Position numbers and translations under genes: made by a program
Shown: positions 51,521-64,000 of the stretch, one piece after another
How the letters are laid out: each line of letters opens with the position of its first letter
Numbering within the stretch: the stretch's first letter is position 1
Origin: Squalus acanthias
Taxonomy: Eukaryota
Direction: 5' to 3'
Assembly: GCA_030390025.1 (NCBI GenBank)
Contig: CM059432.1
Location: 85,748,001 to 85,812,000 of the forward strand
DNA: 64,000 bases
The notes under the pieces: model-generated
Told to the model about the DNA's origin: nothing
The model's input: only the letters and a program-made list of their open reading frames with translations
Database searches by the model: none

Positions 51521-53252
51521 ATGCCACACTTTATACAATCTGCCTGGAATTCTAGTTCTTCCACCCTGGAGAAAGCTCTGTGCATATGGAGTTGCTCACA
51601 ATATGGAGCTACATGCCCAGAGCTTCTTTCACAGCAGTTAAAATTTAAACATCGAGAATGTGGACATCACTGCCCACGCTGTCTTTAGCTCAAAGCAGGT
51701 TTAAAAAGTCTTTAGCAAGTCCAAGAGCATTTTCAAAACCTTGTTCCACACTGTACTGGAGTTACACTCCATTTGGCTTCAAATCAAAATGGTATGTGAT
51801 TCCTCCCTCCAGTGGGTCTCATGCCATTTCTCTCCAGAATCAGATCAAGCCTTGACTCTAGATTTACAATACAACTGTAAGAATGGTGTGAAGGGGAAAC
51901 TGCTTTGCAGTGATACTAAAGTTGCAAGTGTAAACATAACCTAAGTACAAGTAAAGATGAGCATTTCTAATAAATGTTTTTAAGACAGTTAGAGCAATAA
52001 AGAGAATAGCCAGCAGAGGGTGATAAGATGTGGCAGAAATCTCAGTCAGAACAAGGGCGAGTCCTCCTCTCTTTCCAGATAAAGATGTCGTTGTAGAGGG
52101 ACAACTCTCCAGATTATTGCATTATTCAATCATTGTAACTCCAGAGTTTATTTGTAGATTATATCACTAACATTACTACCGTAGGCATTAATTTTGAATA
52201 ATGTTTGATCCCAATTTCACACCTACCAGTGAGCAATAATCATTCTTAATTGATGCAGTAATTACAAACCGTCACGTTTTCCCAAAAACAGACATAAAAG
52301 CCCTTCTTTAATTTTCAATCTTAACTTCCTAAAAATGGAAATTAAACCCTCATGCTATTACAAGGCAGCTGCTCCACATATCTGCTTATTTAAAAAAAAT
52401 ACTAACCTGGATGCTTACTACAAATGGTACTTGTAATTATAAATTAAAAGGAAAATTTGAAAATATAGCTTAACAACGCAACTTCAGACATTTTAAGGTT
52501 TTTTCATTTCAAGTTTCTATGAGCCAAATAAAAATATTTCTTTCAATAAATATTTTTAAATCAATATAGTTATGAACCAATCATATAATTTGACTGATGA
52601 TGCATTCTTTAGATCTATTCGAACGGGATAGATGTCTTCCTAATGATAATAGGAGATTGGATAGCGGGGCGTGTGTACAAATGGGATGACCGGAGCGGGA
52701 CTCGCGTCTCAGTGACTAATACAACAGCCCGGTGTCAGCACTCAGACTCTCCACACAAGAAGTTCATTCAAACTGGCTTTGCACGAAATCCATTATCACC
52801 AGCAATGCGAAATGATCCGCACCGTACCTTAAAATTACAACTGTATATTAAACTTACAGTTCCTCCAGTGCCCCACTTTTTACCCTAATTTACTGACTCG
52901 TGTCAGAAAGTTCACTAGTGACGCAGTTAAATCAAAGATTTTTGTCTGCTTCAGATTGTAATAAACACAGACATTTGTGAGGTTACAAAATAATGTTACA
53001 TGCTAATTACGTTTTACACTATTTTAGAAATAGAAAAAATCTCGGGTGCATTAATTTAATGTAATTGTGAAAGCGATAGATTTCTCCTCGAGTTGTTTCA
53101 ACCCTTTCGATCCCTTCCTACATAAGTGAACGAACTAACAGTGCTAACCTATAAAAATAAACTGAGGAAACAATTGACCGCATTCAGAGGAAGAAACACA
53201 CTACGGGATCCACTTTGGTTGTGGCATGCCCGGCCCTGCCGAGCTCCTTTAC

Positions 53253-53475
53253 CTGGACAGGTCTGGGTGTAATCGTAACAGCAGTCGCCAGTACTTTTAC
53301 ATGCTTCGTCGCAGTAGCAAGTCCCGTAAACCCGGTCCATTCTCCAACCCGTGCTGCTGCATCCGTGGTCCCTGCCGTGACAGCATTTGTGAGATTCGGA
53401 GCACCCCGCTTCAGTAATATCCGAAAACCACAGCAGTCCGGCCAGGAGCAGCAAACTGACCCGTATACTCCCCAT
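53253..53475 (-). CDS. SBSPON: SBSPON coding exon 1 (signal peptide + somatomedin-B domain)
   Basis: Kozak ACAATGG. MGSIRVSLLLLAGLLWFSDITEAGCSESHKCCHGRDHGCSSTGWRMDRVYGTCYCDEACKSTGDCCYDYTQTCP. Donor AG|GTAAAG, phase 1. Confidence 0.95.
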
Positions 53476-54785
53476 TGTAACACAGCACCGCGCCGCAGCA
53501 AGCGGGGCAACTGACTTGTTCCAACTTCCAATAATATTACAGGGGGGAAACTGCACAGCGGGTCAGTTCTTGTAATACTGACGGGTGTTTTACCTAAATG
53601 GAAAATAGTTTCATCAAAGATAATAATATTCCTATAAGATAAAAACACGTTTCCAGGTATAGTTGATCCTTTTTCTTCACAAAAGGGACTCCAGGGAAAC
53701 CTCGCCAGAGTTGATCCTTACTCACAAGGGACTAAATCCAAGTATGAGAAAGGTTGATCCTCTCCAGTTTTACAGAGAACGTTCAGAATGATAGTCCTGT
53801 GTCGGAGGCTGAAATCGACTGAGATTCTTGTGCGATGATTTGCTGCGACTTGTTTCCAATGATGCCAGTGCAACAAGCAGGGAGAAAGATCACTCAGTTC
53901 TCTCTCCAGTGACTCACAGCGGCCAGCCCGAGTGTGTCTCGAACGCCATTCTAACACAGCCCAAAGGAATGTGAACATTGGGCTCCAATCCACATACAAG
54001 AGCCTGCAGTGTGTGGGGACTGGCTGGGCTTTCTGCATCAAATCATTTTCCTTTAAAGCCAGCCCGAGAATATTTTCGTATTTGCCCGTTTCCAAAGACT
54101 TTAATTAAGAGTTTATCCTAAAGACTAGCGACTATTTGTTGGCACAAAAAAAACAGAAATTTCATTTATATTTAGTAACAGGATATTAATAATAATTATT
54201 ACACAAAAACCGTTGGAACAGTTAACTATGTCTGAATTAATCAGCTTTGTTCCATCCAAACCCATTGAATTCAAGAAAGAAAATCACTATTTTATATTGG
54301 AAAAGTACGACGGTTTTAAGTAAAATATTTTAGTCCCCATTTGGTGAACCCAGAAAAATTGGAGCTGCGCAAGCCGATACTGTGGGCGCGCCCTTCCTGG
54401 TCATGTCTGCATTGGTGTTGCTGTGAGGATTCCCGGTAGCCACATGGATTCCATCTATAATTCTCTGGACTCTTGAAAAGCCTGCCAGCGAATAAAAATT
54501 CTACACCCTATCCAGTTAGTGTCTCCTTTGTATTGGGAAGGTGATGAAGCTGATTCTCTGGCAAACATGACATCAATTACTTGCTTTGTATAGGAATGAA
54601 CAGCAGATGGGTTTATCTGATGGATGTCCTGGAAGGATCCAATTGCATAAAAGCTGAATGCTGCAATGACCTTGACAACAACAGGAAGAGCTGGTCATGT
54701 TCTTGATGTTGTCCTTAAGTCAGGCTATGTCAGATGACAGTGACAGTGAAGCAGATGTGCTGAAGGCTTGCTCAGGTCAAAGAAT

Positions 54786-54910
54786 AAGAATAACTTGCAT
54801 TTATATAGCACCTTTCACAACCTCAGGATGTCACAAAGTGCTTTACAGCCAATTCAGTACGTTTGAAGTGTAGTCACTGTTGTAATGTAGGAAACACGGC
54901 ATTCAATTTG
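54786..54910 (-). mobile_element. 3' tail of a Deu-SINE (continues 56682-57011)
   Basis: CCTACATTACAACAGTGACTACACTTCAAA..GAAAGGTGCTATATAAATGCAAG tail. A similar tail lies at 30090-30190. Confidence 0.7.
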
Positions 54911-56681
54911 CACCGTGATTATTTGCACGGTCTTCTGCGTCCTTCTGCGCATGCGCCCGTATGGGGGAGTGGGGCCTAAACATAGTCACGCGCATGTGCA
55001 CCGGAGTGCCCTTGTCAGTCCATCGCTAGCCATCTATGGGGCAGGCTGGCGGGCACAGCCCTGAGCAGTAAGCCGCGGCATTGGGGTGGGAGTCAGCGAG
55101 AATCAGTCGAGGGCGAAAACCCGTCACAGGCCCCGATGTTTAAAGCCCCTCTCATCCGGTTGAGCTTGCCCATCTTGCGCCCTTGGCGAGTGTTTGAGGA
55201 CCCTGGGGTTTGGTGGTGTCGGGGCTCGGGCCCCTGCTCGCTCTGCTGCCTCTCGTGCTCTCCGGCCCGATTGTACAAGGAGAGCAGGCGCAGGGGTTTG
55301 CTACTGATAGCAAGGTCGAAATCAAATCAAAAGCCCAAAGTTTGCAAATTGGGAAATCTTACTTTCTTCCACTCAGGAGGTGGTGTGGAGACATGAGAGA
55401 CAAACGTAAATAAATGCCATCTGTTATGTTGAAAGGCTTGTGCCATTTTGTTCTGGGCAAGTTGGACTCGCAGCGCACTCATACAGGCCGGTAATGCTGT
55501 TTTTGCATTACCCACCTGTACAGACCTGTCCCCTGAGATAAACAGAAAGTCACAATCATGACATAATGGCCCAGAAATTTGACTCGGAGGCTTGCCGCGG
55601 GGGTAAGGATCGCGCGCGATATCACACTCCGCGCCGGCCGTTGTGTTTTGGGCCCACAGGAACTTCGGGTCCTGGGCCTCTCCCTAGTGCCGGCACGCAG
55701 TGTGTGCGTGTCCCAGGGGCGCAGTTAGTGCGATGCGACCTCTGGGATCACGTGGGCCATGGAGAGCCAATGGCAGCAGACTATCTTTCATTCATAGATT
55801 TGACAGGAGACATGTCAAATCTGTGAATTGAAAGAGACCCCAAAAGAACAGCTAAACCTCAAATAAATTAAAAAAAACATTACATTAATAAAATAACTAT
55901 AGTTAAATAAATTAACCACTTTAAACAAAAATTTAAATTTTTTTAAAAATTAAAAAATAAATTTCAAGTTATAAAAATAAACTTACCTTTCTTTAAAGTC
56001 TCTAAAAAAGATAAACCTGTTGAAAAAAATTAAAAATTATACTTAATTAACTACTTACCTTGTTCAAAAGGGGTCTTACGCCTCCTTTTTACATGTGTAG
56101 AAGATTCAATACTTACCCTCGCATTGAAACCTGAAAAAAAACCTAAGTGTGCTGCGTGCACACAGCCTGTAGTGCGCACGCGGTTCACCTAGGAACCGCC
56201 CCCTTCGCCATACCGGAAGTGCCGGTTTCCCGCGCATGCGCAGTGCATGCAGGAAACCGGCACTTCGGGATCTAATACGGGTGAGTACACAGTGTGTACT
56301 CTCCCGTATTCGGCCGAATTTTTGGGCCATTATTTACTATAGGTTAGGTTTAAACAGAAAACTTTGAAATAGGCCAACACAAATTAAAAGTCTTGAATGT
56401 GTTCTGAGAGTATAAAACTTTCATTCTCGAGATGTAAAGATTAATTTGATACTGAAACATTTATTTATTTCCATATGTTTCAAACTGACAAGAATACTTT
56501 CATATGTTATTACTGGAAAGAAAAGCTCAGTGCTCCAACTAGTCTTCCACGTTCTGGATCAAATTACACATTGCAGACAAACTGTTGGGTGTGTCTTGTC
56601 GTCAAAGGGGACCAATCAGAAATCTGGTCTTGTCCTCCAAGGGGGCCAATCAGAGATCTGGTGTTGCAAATAGGCGCAACC
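54911..56681. mobile_element. Unclassified 1.77-kb insertion with a 9-bp flanking duplication
   Basis: TTCAATTTG at 54902-54910 and 56682-56690. TATTTGCA / TGCAAATA sit exactly 9 nt inside each end. SINE halves lie on both sides. Confidence 0.55.
55568..56328. mobile_element. MITE with Harbinger-like TIRs
   Basis: GGCCCAGAAATT / AATTTTTGGGCC. The TSD is ambiguous (AAT/ATT, or TA if the TIR is 2 nt longer). Confidence 0.75.
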
Positions 56682-57011
56682 TTCAATTTGTGAACAGCAA
56701 GGCCCCACAAACAGCAATGTGATAATGGCCAGATAATTTGTGTTTTAGTGATGTTGGTTGAGAGATAAATATTGGCCAGGATACCAGGAAGAACTCCCCT
56801 GCTCTTCTTCAAAATAGTGCCGTGGCCCTGGGATCTTTTATGTCCACCTGAGAGGGCAGTCACGGCCTCGGTTTAACGTCTCATCCGAAGGATGGCACCT
56901 CTGACTGGACTGGAGAGTCAGCGTAGAGTTTGTGCTCAAGTCTCTGGAGTGGGACTTGAACCCAGAACCTTCTGACTCAGAGGAAAGAGTGCTACCAACT
57001 GAGCCACAGCT
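56682..57011 (-). mobile_element. tRNA-derived Deu-domain SINE (SacSINE1/AmnSINE1-like), 5' part
   Basis: A box TGGCTCAGTTGG, B box GGTTCAAGTCC, and a Deu-like core TTCGGATGAGACGTTAAACCGAGGCC..AAAGATCCC. Confidence 0.8.
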
Positions 57012-57679
57012 GCTCTGCACATGAGACCTGCGGTAGTGATACATGTATACATAGTGCTTGAGATATCTTTACACATGCAAATGATATCCCATCATGAAGT
57101 GGTCCTCCTTATCTAGATCATGCAACAATACAGGAGTTGACACAGAGAACCCTCTCCTCCCAATCTTCTTAGGTGTATTTGTACTACTGCAGCTATTTGC
57201 CATTTTAAATGGATATACAGCATAGCAAAAGGAATAATTATGCAAAAAGACAAAACCCAGGAACCAAAACAAATTTTCGTAAATTCTTCCAAGCAACAAA
57301 AAAAAAATGCAGCTTTAACAATAGCAAACTGCTTTAAGAGGCTTTACTAAGCAGGTCTTTTATGGTTGATGCTAACGTTGTAGGTGGTACCTAGCCCAAA
57401 CTTGTGACAGGCAGAATTAGACCAATTTCCTTATTTAGTGAAGCCTGGACATGTCACAAAAATGCCTCCAAACTAACTACGCAAAATCAGGTGCACTGAG
57501 AATCAGGTACACAAGGTTGCATGCCAAATTTTATGACCTCTCCCCTTCATGCAAAGCCAGACACTGCTGACAGGGACTTGGAAAACTGGGGGTTTTGTAT
57601 AAATGCTCCAGTCAAACATTTATGTACTGATGTCTGGCTATTTAGTCTCACCACATAGAGTTGCAGTTGCTGTGGCAAT

Positions 57680-58729
57680 GTGACAGCTAGTAACTGTGAT
57701 TATGGCCATGGCACGTCATTTCTCTTTAATTACTTTGCTGTGTTCAACCACTCCATTCTCCTCCATCAATGTTCCTCTATACTCCACCTCCATTGCATCA
57801 CCCTTGCTGGGTTCCTGACCCAGCTGTCACATTGTAGCCAGCACATCTTCTGCAATGGCTTCTCCTCCCACCTCTGCACTGTGACTCATGAGTACCCCAA
57901 GCTTCCATCCTGGATTCCCTCAAATTTCTTGTCTATATGTTGCCTCTAAACAACATTATATGTAGGCATAGAGTTAGCTTCCATATGTACCCTGATGATA
58001 GCCAGCTCAATCCTTCCACCAGCATCGACTCCAGAACTATTCCTGTGCTGTCTGACTAACTGTCTGACAATAAGTCACGAATGACCTTGAACTTTCTCCA
58101 ACTTAACATTGGCAAGACTAAAGCCATCTTTTTCAGTTCCCACCAAAAACTCTATATCCTTGCCCCAATTCCATCCCTGTTTTGGCTGCTTGCACAGTAT
58201 GAATTCCAAAACTGATTAGTTATTGTGTCTGTTCGACCCTGAGCTGAATTTAACACCCCATATCCTATCCATTACCAGGAACGCTTATTTCTACCTCTGT
58301 AACCTCACTCACCCATCACTGAAACCCTTATCCAAATCTTCATTACCTGAATTCTCCGATACTCTCCTCGCAGGGCTCCCAAGCTCCACCCAACTGTTCC
58401 ACACCACCTCCCTCTCACCACACCACCTCCCTCTCACCCATCAGCTGTGTCCTAACCAAACTCCACTACCCCCCATTTTTCAACACACTTCTTGTCCTCA
58501 TTTACAAGCTCCTCCATGGCCTTGCCCCACCCTGCACCTGCAATCTCCTCCATCCCCATGTCCTAGCCCGTGCCCTCCGGTCTTTCAAATTTGGCTTCCT
58601 GACTATCCCTCCCTTCCCTCATTGGGAAGAGCTTTAGTCATCTAGACCCACTCTTTAGAACTGTCTTCCTAAACCCTTCGGCCTTGCTTCCTCTCTACCA
58701 ATCTCAACACCTATCGTGGAGCGTACCTT
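57680..58729 (+). mobile_element. Old L2 fragment; tail continues at 60181-60305
   Basis: Degenerate HMYPDDSQL, LQLNIGKTK and LLAGLPSS motifs. Confidence 0.7.
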
Positions 58730-60180
58730 CAGTAATGCCAACCCCATCATCTCATAAATCATGAGACAAACTCTTAAAAATCATGAGGTTTGGTAAGAAA
58801 TCATGAGTTGCTATTTTTTCAAATATAAACAAATATAGATTGACAGCTCGTTTATAAACCACATTAGTGGCTGTATTTAATTTCTAGCAGGTCACAGCTC
58901 TTTACTAAAACTATATTACTACATCTAAAAATGCTTTACAAAAAACTTTTTAAAACTCCTACCCGTTATCACCACCTCTCATCTGGTGCCCAACGCAACC
59001 ATCATGCAATGCAGTCCCTGCAGCTGCCAAGTGCCAACCAAAGGTATTCAGCCCATAAACGCTCATCCCTCTAGAACCCTAGCCTGTCCATCCAACTTTA
59101 ATTTGAACTATAAAATCAATTAAGTCATAGAAATTATAGCAGTGATGGAGACTATTTGCTCCATTATGCCATATTATGGTGCTAACCTTTCAACTGGACC
59201 TATCCTAATCTCATTTCCTTTACCCATATGATTTTGTATTCATTCCTTTTCAAATTCTTATCTAATTTCCTTCTAAGTAATGTTACAGTATCTATTGCAA
59301 TAGCCACTTGTGGTAAAGCATCTTATGTTCGAACAACCCTGTGTGAAAACATTTCTAACTTTGTCTTTGATACTAAAAATTACCATTGTTACCAATTCAC
59401 CAATCAATCTTTCACTATTTACCCTCTCAAAACAGTTCATAATTTTGAAAACCCTTTATTAGATTCCACTTTAACCTGGAGTGAGAAAACCTCTAATTTA
59501 TTTGAAGTTAGTACATGACAGCACATTACAGTACCCACAACGTGGGCTTCTACCTCATAAGGCTCAGCACTCAGTGTGGCTGGGGTCAGGGCCAGCCGGT
59601 CTCTTCATAATACTGTACTCTCCATAAACCGGATTACTTTAAGGCTTCAATACTTGACATGGTTCCAGAAAAAGATAGGCTCCACTCTGACTGTAAAATA
59701 CATTTCACGATAGAGTTCTTCTGTTCGGCTCCTTTGCTCCCCTGCCTCGTGCTCCAGCCGCTTCATGCTGCCTCTCCGTTACCATGGCAACCCTGCAGGA
59801 GGCGCAAGATATCGTGAGATCTCTTGGCATCCGTGAGAAGGAAGAGGGAGGGGACCAAGGTCACGGAGCCAATCAACGCAACAGGGACCGCGGCGCTGTC
59901 ATCAGCCGGGGCCGAAGGGGAGGAAGCTGAGTGCAGCACCCTCCACTTGGAGGGAGGAAGTGGCTCGCTTGGTCGATTGTTTGTTATGGATGATATGGAA
60001 AGCCCTCTGAACCTGTTTTTTTTTGCGCATGCACAAATCACATTTTTTCGTGCATGTGCAAATCTGCGTATTTTTAAAAATCCCAAGATTTAGGTGTTCC
60101 ATCGCGAGATCGCGCGCGATGCTATATTTCACTCCGAAATCGCGTCTCTCGTGATGGATTCGTGAGAGTTGGCAATACTG
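58730..60180. mobile_element. Putative hAT-like non-autonomous DNA transposon
   Basis: TIRs CAGTAATGCCAAC / GTTGGCAATACTG and an imperfect 8-bp duplication GTACCTTC/GTATTTTC that overlaps the terminal base. It interrupts an L2 tail. Confidence 0.6.
59778..59791. promoter_or_regulatory. RFX X-box consensus match
   Basis: GTTACCATGGCAAC matches GTTRCCATGGYAAC. A CCAAT box lies about 80 bp downstream. Function untested. Confidence 0.45.
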
Positions 60181-60939
60181 TATTTTCAGGCACCTCTCCT
60201 AACTCTTCTACTACTGCTTGGCATCTATTTCTCCTCCATGAAATCCATTGCAACATTCATATGTTAAATTATAGGCGCTATATACATACCAGCTGTCATT
60301 GTTGTTGAGTCTTGATGATGGTTAGTTACTGATTTTTGGATCTCCATGATATCATCTGCAATATATGTTGCATGTGAAAATCAGTGCTTCATAGTTTGAC
60401 ATGCAAAAATACTCAGCATCACAATCACATTTACTACCAAATTAATCGACTCATGAATTAACATCAGTCGAAAAAAGAAACAATTGTTACCATTGGTGAC
60501 AGATCACCGAGATCTGGTTAGGATTAGTTTTGGAATGCACACAGACACAATTGGCCAAATGACTCCCTTCTGTGCTGTAACCTTCTATGATTCTATGAAA
60601 TACTGCAATGGCTGGAAATCTAAAACAAAAGCAGAAAATGCTGGAATTACACAATAGGTTTGTCTGCATCTCTAAAAAGAAATGACAGGTTGATGTTTTG
60701 GGTAGAACTTTCCCTCAGAACTAAAAACAAAGATAAACAAGCATTTTGTAGACTGGGTGGCGGGGGTGGGTGGGGAGAACAAACAAGCAACAGATACTCT
60801 AATCAAAGAGAGAAAGTTAATGGCTTAAACACCCTCAAACCTGCTTAAAAGCAAGCAGGAAATTGTTAGATAATATAAAAAATCATATCAGTGATGGAAT
60901 GAAAGACAATAGAAACATAAAAGAATGTGCAAATCGCTA

Positions 60940-62003
60940 ACAACAACTATAGCGCCTTTAACGAAGTATAACATCCCAAAGTGCTTCACAGGTGCATTAT
61001 AAAATATTATTTGACACTGAGCCACACAAGGAGATATTAGGGCAGATGACCAAAAGCTTGGTCAAAGAGCTAGGTTTTAAGGAGCGTCTTAAAGGAGGAA
61101 AGAGAGGTAGAGTGGCGGAGAGGTTTAGAGAGCGAATTCCAGAGCTTAGGGCCTTGGCAGCTGAAGGCACAGCCACCAATGGTGGAGCGATTAAAATAGG
61201 GGATGTGCAAAAGTCCAGAATTGGAGGAGCGCAGATATCTTGGAGCGCAGATATCTGTGCCTTTGTTACCTCTAGACTTGACTATTCCAATGCACTCCTG
61301 GCCGGCCTCCCACATTCTACCCTACGTAAACTTGAGGTCATCCAAAACTCGGCTGCCCATGTCCTAACTCACACCAAGTCCCGTTCATCCATCACCCCTG
61401 TGCTCGCTGATCTACATTGGATCCCGGTTAAGCAACACCTTGATTTCAAAATTCTCATCCTTGTTTACAAATCCCTCCATGACCTCGCCCCTCCCTATCT
61501 CTCCTTCAGCTCCACAACCCCCCGAGATATTTGCGCTCCTCAAATTCTGCCCTCTTCAACATCCCTGATTATAATCGCTCAACCATCGGTGGCCGTGCCT
61601 TCAGCTGCCTAGGCCCTAAGCTCTGGAACTCTCTCCGCCTCTCTTTCCTCCTTTAAGACGTTCTTTGACCAAGCCTTTGGTCATCTGCCCTAATTTCTTA
61701 TCTGGCTCGGTGTCAATTTTTTTTTTCTCATAACACTCCTGTGAAGCACCTTAGGACGTTTTACTATGTTAAAGGCGCTATATAAATACAAGTTGTTGTT
61801 GTTGGTTGTAGGGCTGGAGAAGATTACAGAGATATGGAGGGGCGAGGCCATGGAGGGATTTGAAAACAAGGATGAGAATTTTTAAATTGAGGCATTGCTT
61901 AACCGGGAGCCATTGTAGGTCAGCGAGCACAGGGGTGATGGGTGAACGAGACTTGGTGTGAGTTAGGACACGGGCAGCAGAGTTTTGGATGACCTCAAGT
62001 TTA
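60940..62003. mobile_element. L2 3' fragment (-) interrupted by a same-family L2 fragment (+, about 61246-61803)
   Basis: The minus copy breaks at 61245 and resumes at about 61804. The plus copy has FVTSRLDYSN and a (GTT)n tail. Confidence 0.85.
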
Positions 62004-63781
62004 AGCCAAAACAATGAGAGGCCTATCCAAGAAAAATTAAGAAAATGGGGAAACTGAAAAACAACACTGAGGGTCTTGGAGATTTGTTAATTCGATCATC
62101 ATTGCCTCTCTAACATAATGCTCTCAGATTAAATTCCTGCGGGGGCCCTACTCATGGAATCTATACGATAGCAAAGCATAAGTCCATATTGGCCTTGCTC
62201 CACCTACTTCTGCAGCCTCCTCCAGCCCTACGGCCGAACTTGAAACCTCTGCTCTTTAGACCTCTTCTCTATTTCACCAACAGGACAGGATCTTCAGTTA
62301 TCATGCTCCTACACTCTGGTATTGCCTTCCTAAATCCCTTCGTTGTGTCACATCTCTCACCCCTTTAAAACCTCCTCAAAACTTATTTTATGGACTCTGC
62401 ATACTGTCACCTCCTTGATCCTACTTCCCATTTGGTGTTAGATCCCCTCTTTTCCTATGTTAAAGTTGCTGTATAAGCACAAGTAATTGTAAAATTATTT
62501 AAAAATGTGTTTCAAATTATTTTTAAATAATAAAAATTGTCTTACTACCTGGGTATATGAAGCATCTACATCACCTAAATGCATTGTTCCATAATGGCCA
62601 TGAAGGTGGATAAAGACTGCTGGCAGTAGATTAGAAAAAACAGCCATTTAGATTTATTAGTATATTGGAAGTTACTTGTCCTATTTTATATAAAGTGGGG
62701 TTGTGAAACAGAAATCCTTGAATGGTCTTCAAGAAGTCCACTCATCTAAAAAGCAATAAAACAGTAAGATATATTGACTAGTAAATTATTAATGACAGAA
62801 ATACTAATGACTAGATGAATAGCCAAAAATGATCCTTGTTGATAAAGTAATGTGATTTTGAAATCTTTTTATGCTACTACAGGTTTCCTTTGTTTCTTTT
62901 ACAAATACAGTTGTGCTGCAGTTAACATCTATCAATCAACATCTAGGGATAGAAGATCAGTACAGGAAAGTCTCACACTAGTACTCTTATCAAAGTGTCT
63001 GGCTTGCAATTTATTTTGTTAATCCTTCGATGGGCCAGGTAGTTGCTTGAGCTTGGTTTAATCTACTTTCATCAATTCTCACCACTTTGTTTGGAACAAG
63101 TGAAAGAAGCATATTACTTCCTAAGACCCACTTTCAAACATCTTGTGCCCAGCTTCTCTTCAATTGCCACATTCATTGCAACGTAATATACACTACTCTG
63201 TGAACTTATTGTATGTTCGACACGAGATACAGTGCTCAGTTACCAGAAACTGGATTCAGGCTCTTGCTGGAACCTTTGATGATGCAGCTTTGATTACGGA
63301 TTCAGGGCAGCATTCCAACCTGTATTTCAAACTGTAACCAGGCTCTAGTAGATTTTCTCATGTGGGTAAAAAAAAATTACCGTCTAGCAAAAATATGACT
63401 GAATAATACCTACATTTTGTAAGGTGTATTTAAAGCTGGAAGACATAGGCACCACTGTTATCTTAGCTGCAGAGAAGTCTGTATCTTCCATCTTTAGTCA
63501 ACTTCCATCGTAGATACAAGCTCAAAATGGCAACAGATAAGGCCAAGACCCAGGAGAAAGTTGCCTGTTCTGTCTCTCACCCTAGTGCTTGGGAAAAATG
63601 CAAGAGGCAATATAAAATCTGTATATATTTAATGTACACAGTAGCAGCATTAATGTACATAAAATGGTAAGGATTCGGTACCTATGTACATTTGAAAGCT
63701 GATAGTAGAATATAACAAAAGCCACAGAATTACAGTTAATACACACATTAATTTAGACATTAACTAGCTACACATCATTGT

Positions 63782-64000
63782 TAATACATCAAGAAAGCCA
63801 ATGGAATGTTGGCTTTTATTGCTAGGGGGATAGAATATAAAAACAGGGAGGTATTGCTGCAGTTGTATAGGGTATTGGTGAGACCGCACCTGGAGTACTG
63901 CATACAGTTTTGGTGTCCATACTTAAGAAAAGACATACTTGCTCTCGAGGCAGTACAAAGAAGGTTCACTTGGTTAATTCCAGGGATGAGGGGGTGGACA
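63782..64000 (+). mobile_element. CR1 ORF2 fragment running off the window end
   Basis: KKANGMLAFIARGIEYKNREVLLQLYRVLVRPHLEYCIQFW, similar to 32750-32960. Confidence 0.9.

Noticed and set aside
53718..54095. 125-aa ORF upstream of SBSPON as an extra coding exon
   Set aside because: Non-ATG start and no recognisable homology. SBSPON already has a Kozak ATG followed directly by a signal peptide.
55210..55413. Signal-peptide-like ORF (VVSGLGPLLALLPLVLSG)
   Set aside because: No ATG (TTG start just after an in-frame stop), no recognisable domain or convincing donor, and it lies inside a probable insertion.
1..64000. CRISPR arrays, operons and prokaryotic systems; most short ORFs in the track
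   Set aside because: The sequence is intron-containing vertebrate DNA with no repeat-spacer array. The short ORFs are alternative frames of TEs or chance.

Overview
Eukaryotic vertebrate DNA, most likely from a shark or ray: it carries an HE1-type V-SINE and a SacSINE1/AmnSINE-like Deu-SINE. The only host protein-coding gene I can support is SBSPON (somatomedin-B and thrombospondin type-1 domain protein) on the minus strand. I reconstructed it as 5 coding exons (53475-53253, 34524-34330, 29905-29827, 26003-25827, 24861-24744; 792 nt, 263 aa, all GT-AG, phases consistent). Much of the rest is transposable-element derived. There are at least six two-gene PIF/Harbinger elements or deletion derivatives (HARBI1-like DDE transposase plus a convergent spliced Myb/SANT-like gene), Harbinger and hAT MITEs, CR1, L2 and RTE LINEs, SINEs and Penelope-like pieces. 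The main highlights are: (1) a TSD-flanked inverted Penelope structure with two minimal hammerhead ribozyme motifs just downstream of SBSPON; (2) a third hammerhead in a 300-bp TSD-flanked insertion; (3) an RTE insertion with twin-priming geometry; (4) an unclassified 1.77-kb element with a 9-bp TSD that splits a SINE and places promoter-like motifs upstream of SBSPON; (5) a 127-bp inverted local copy inside a MITE-like repeat. All calls were made by eye; family names need Dfam/Repbase confirmation.
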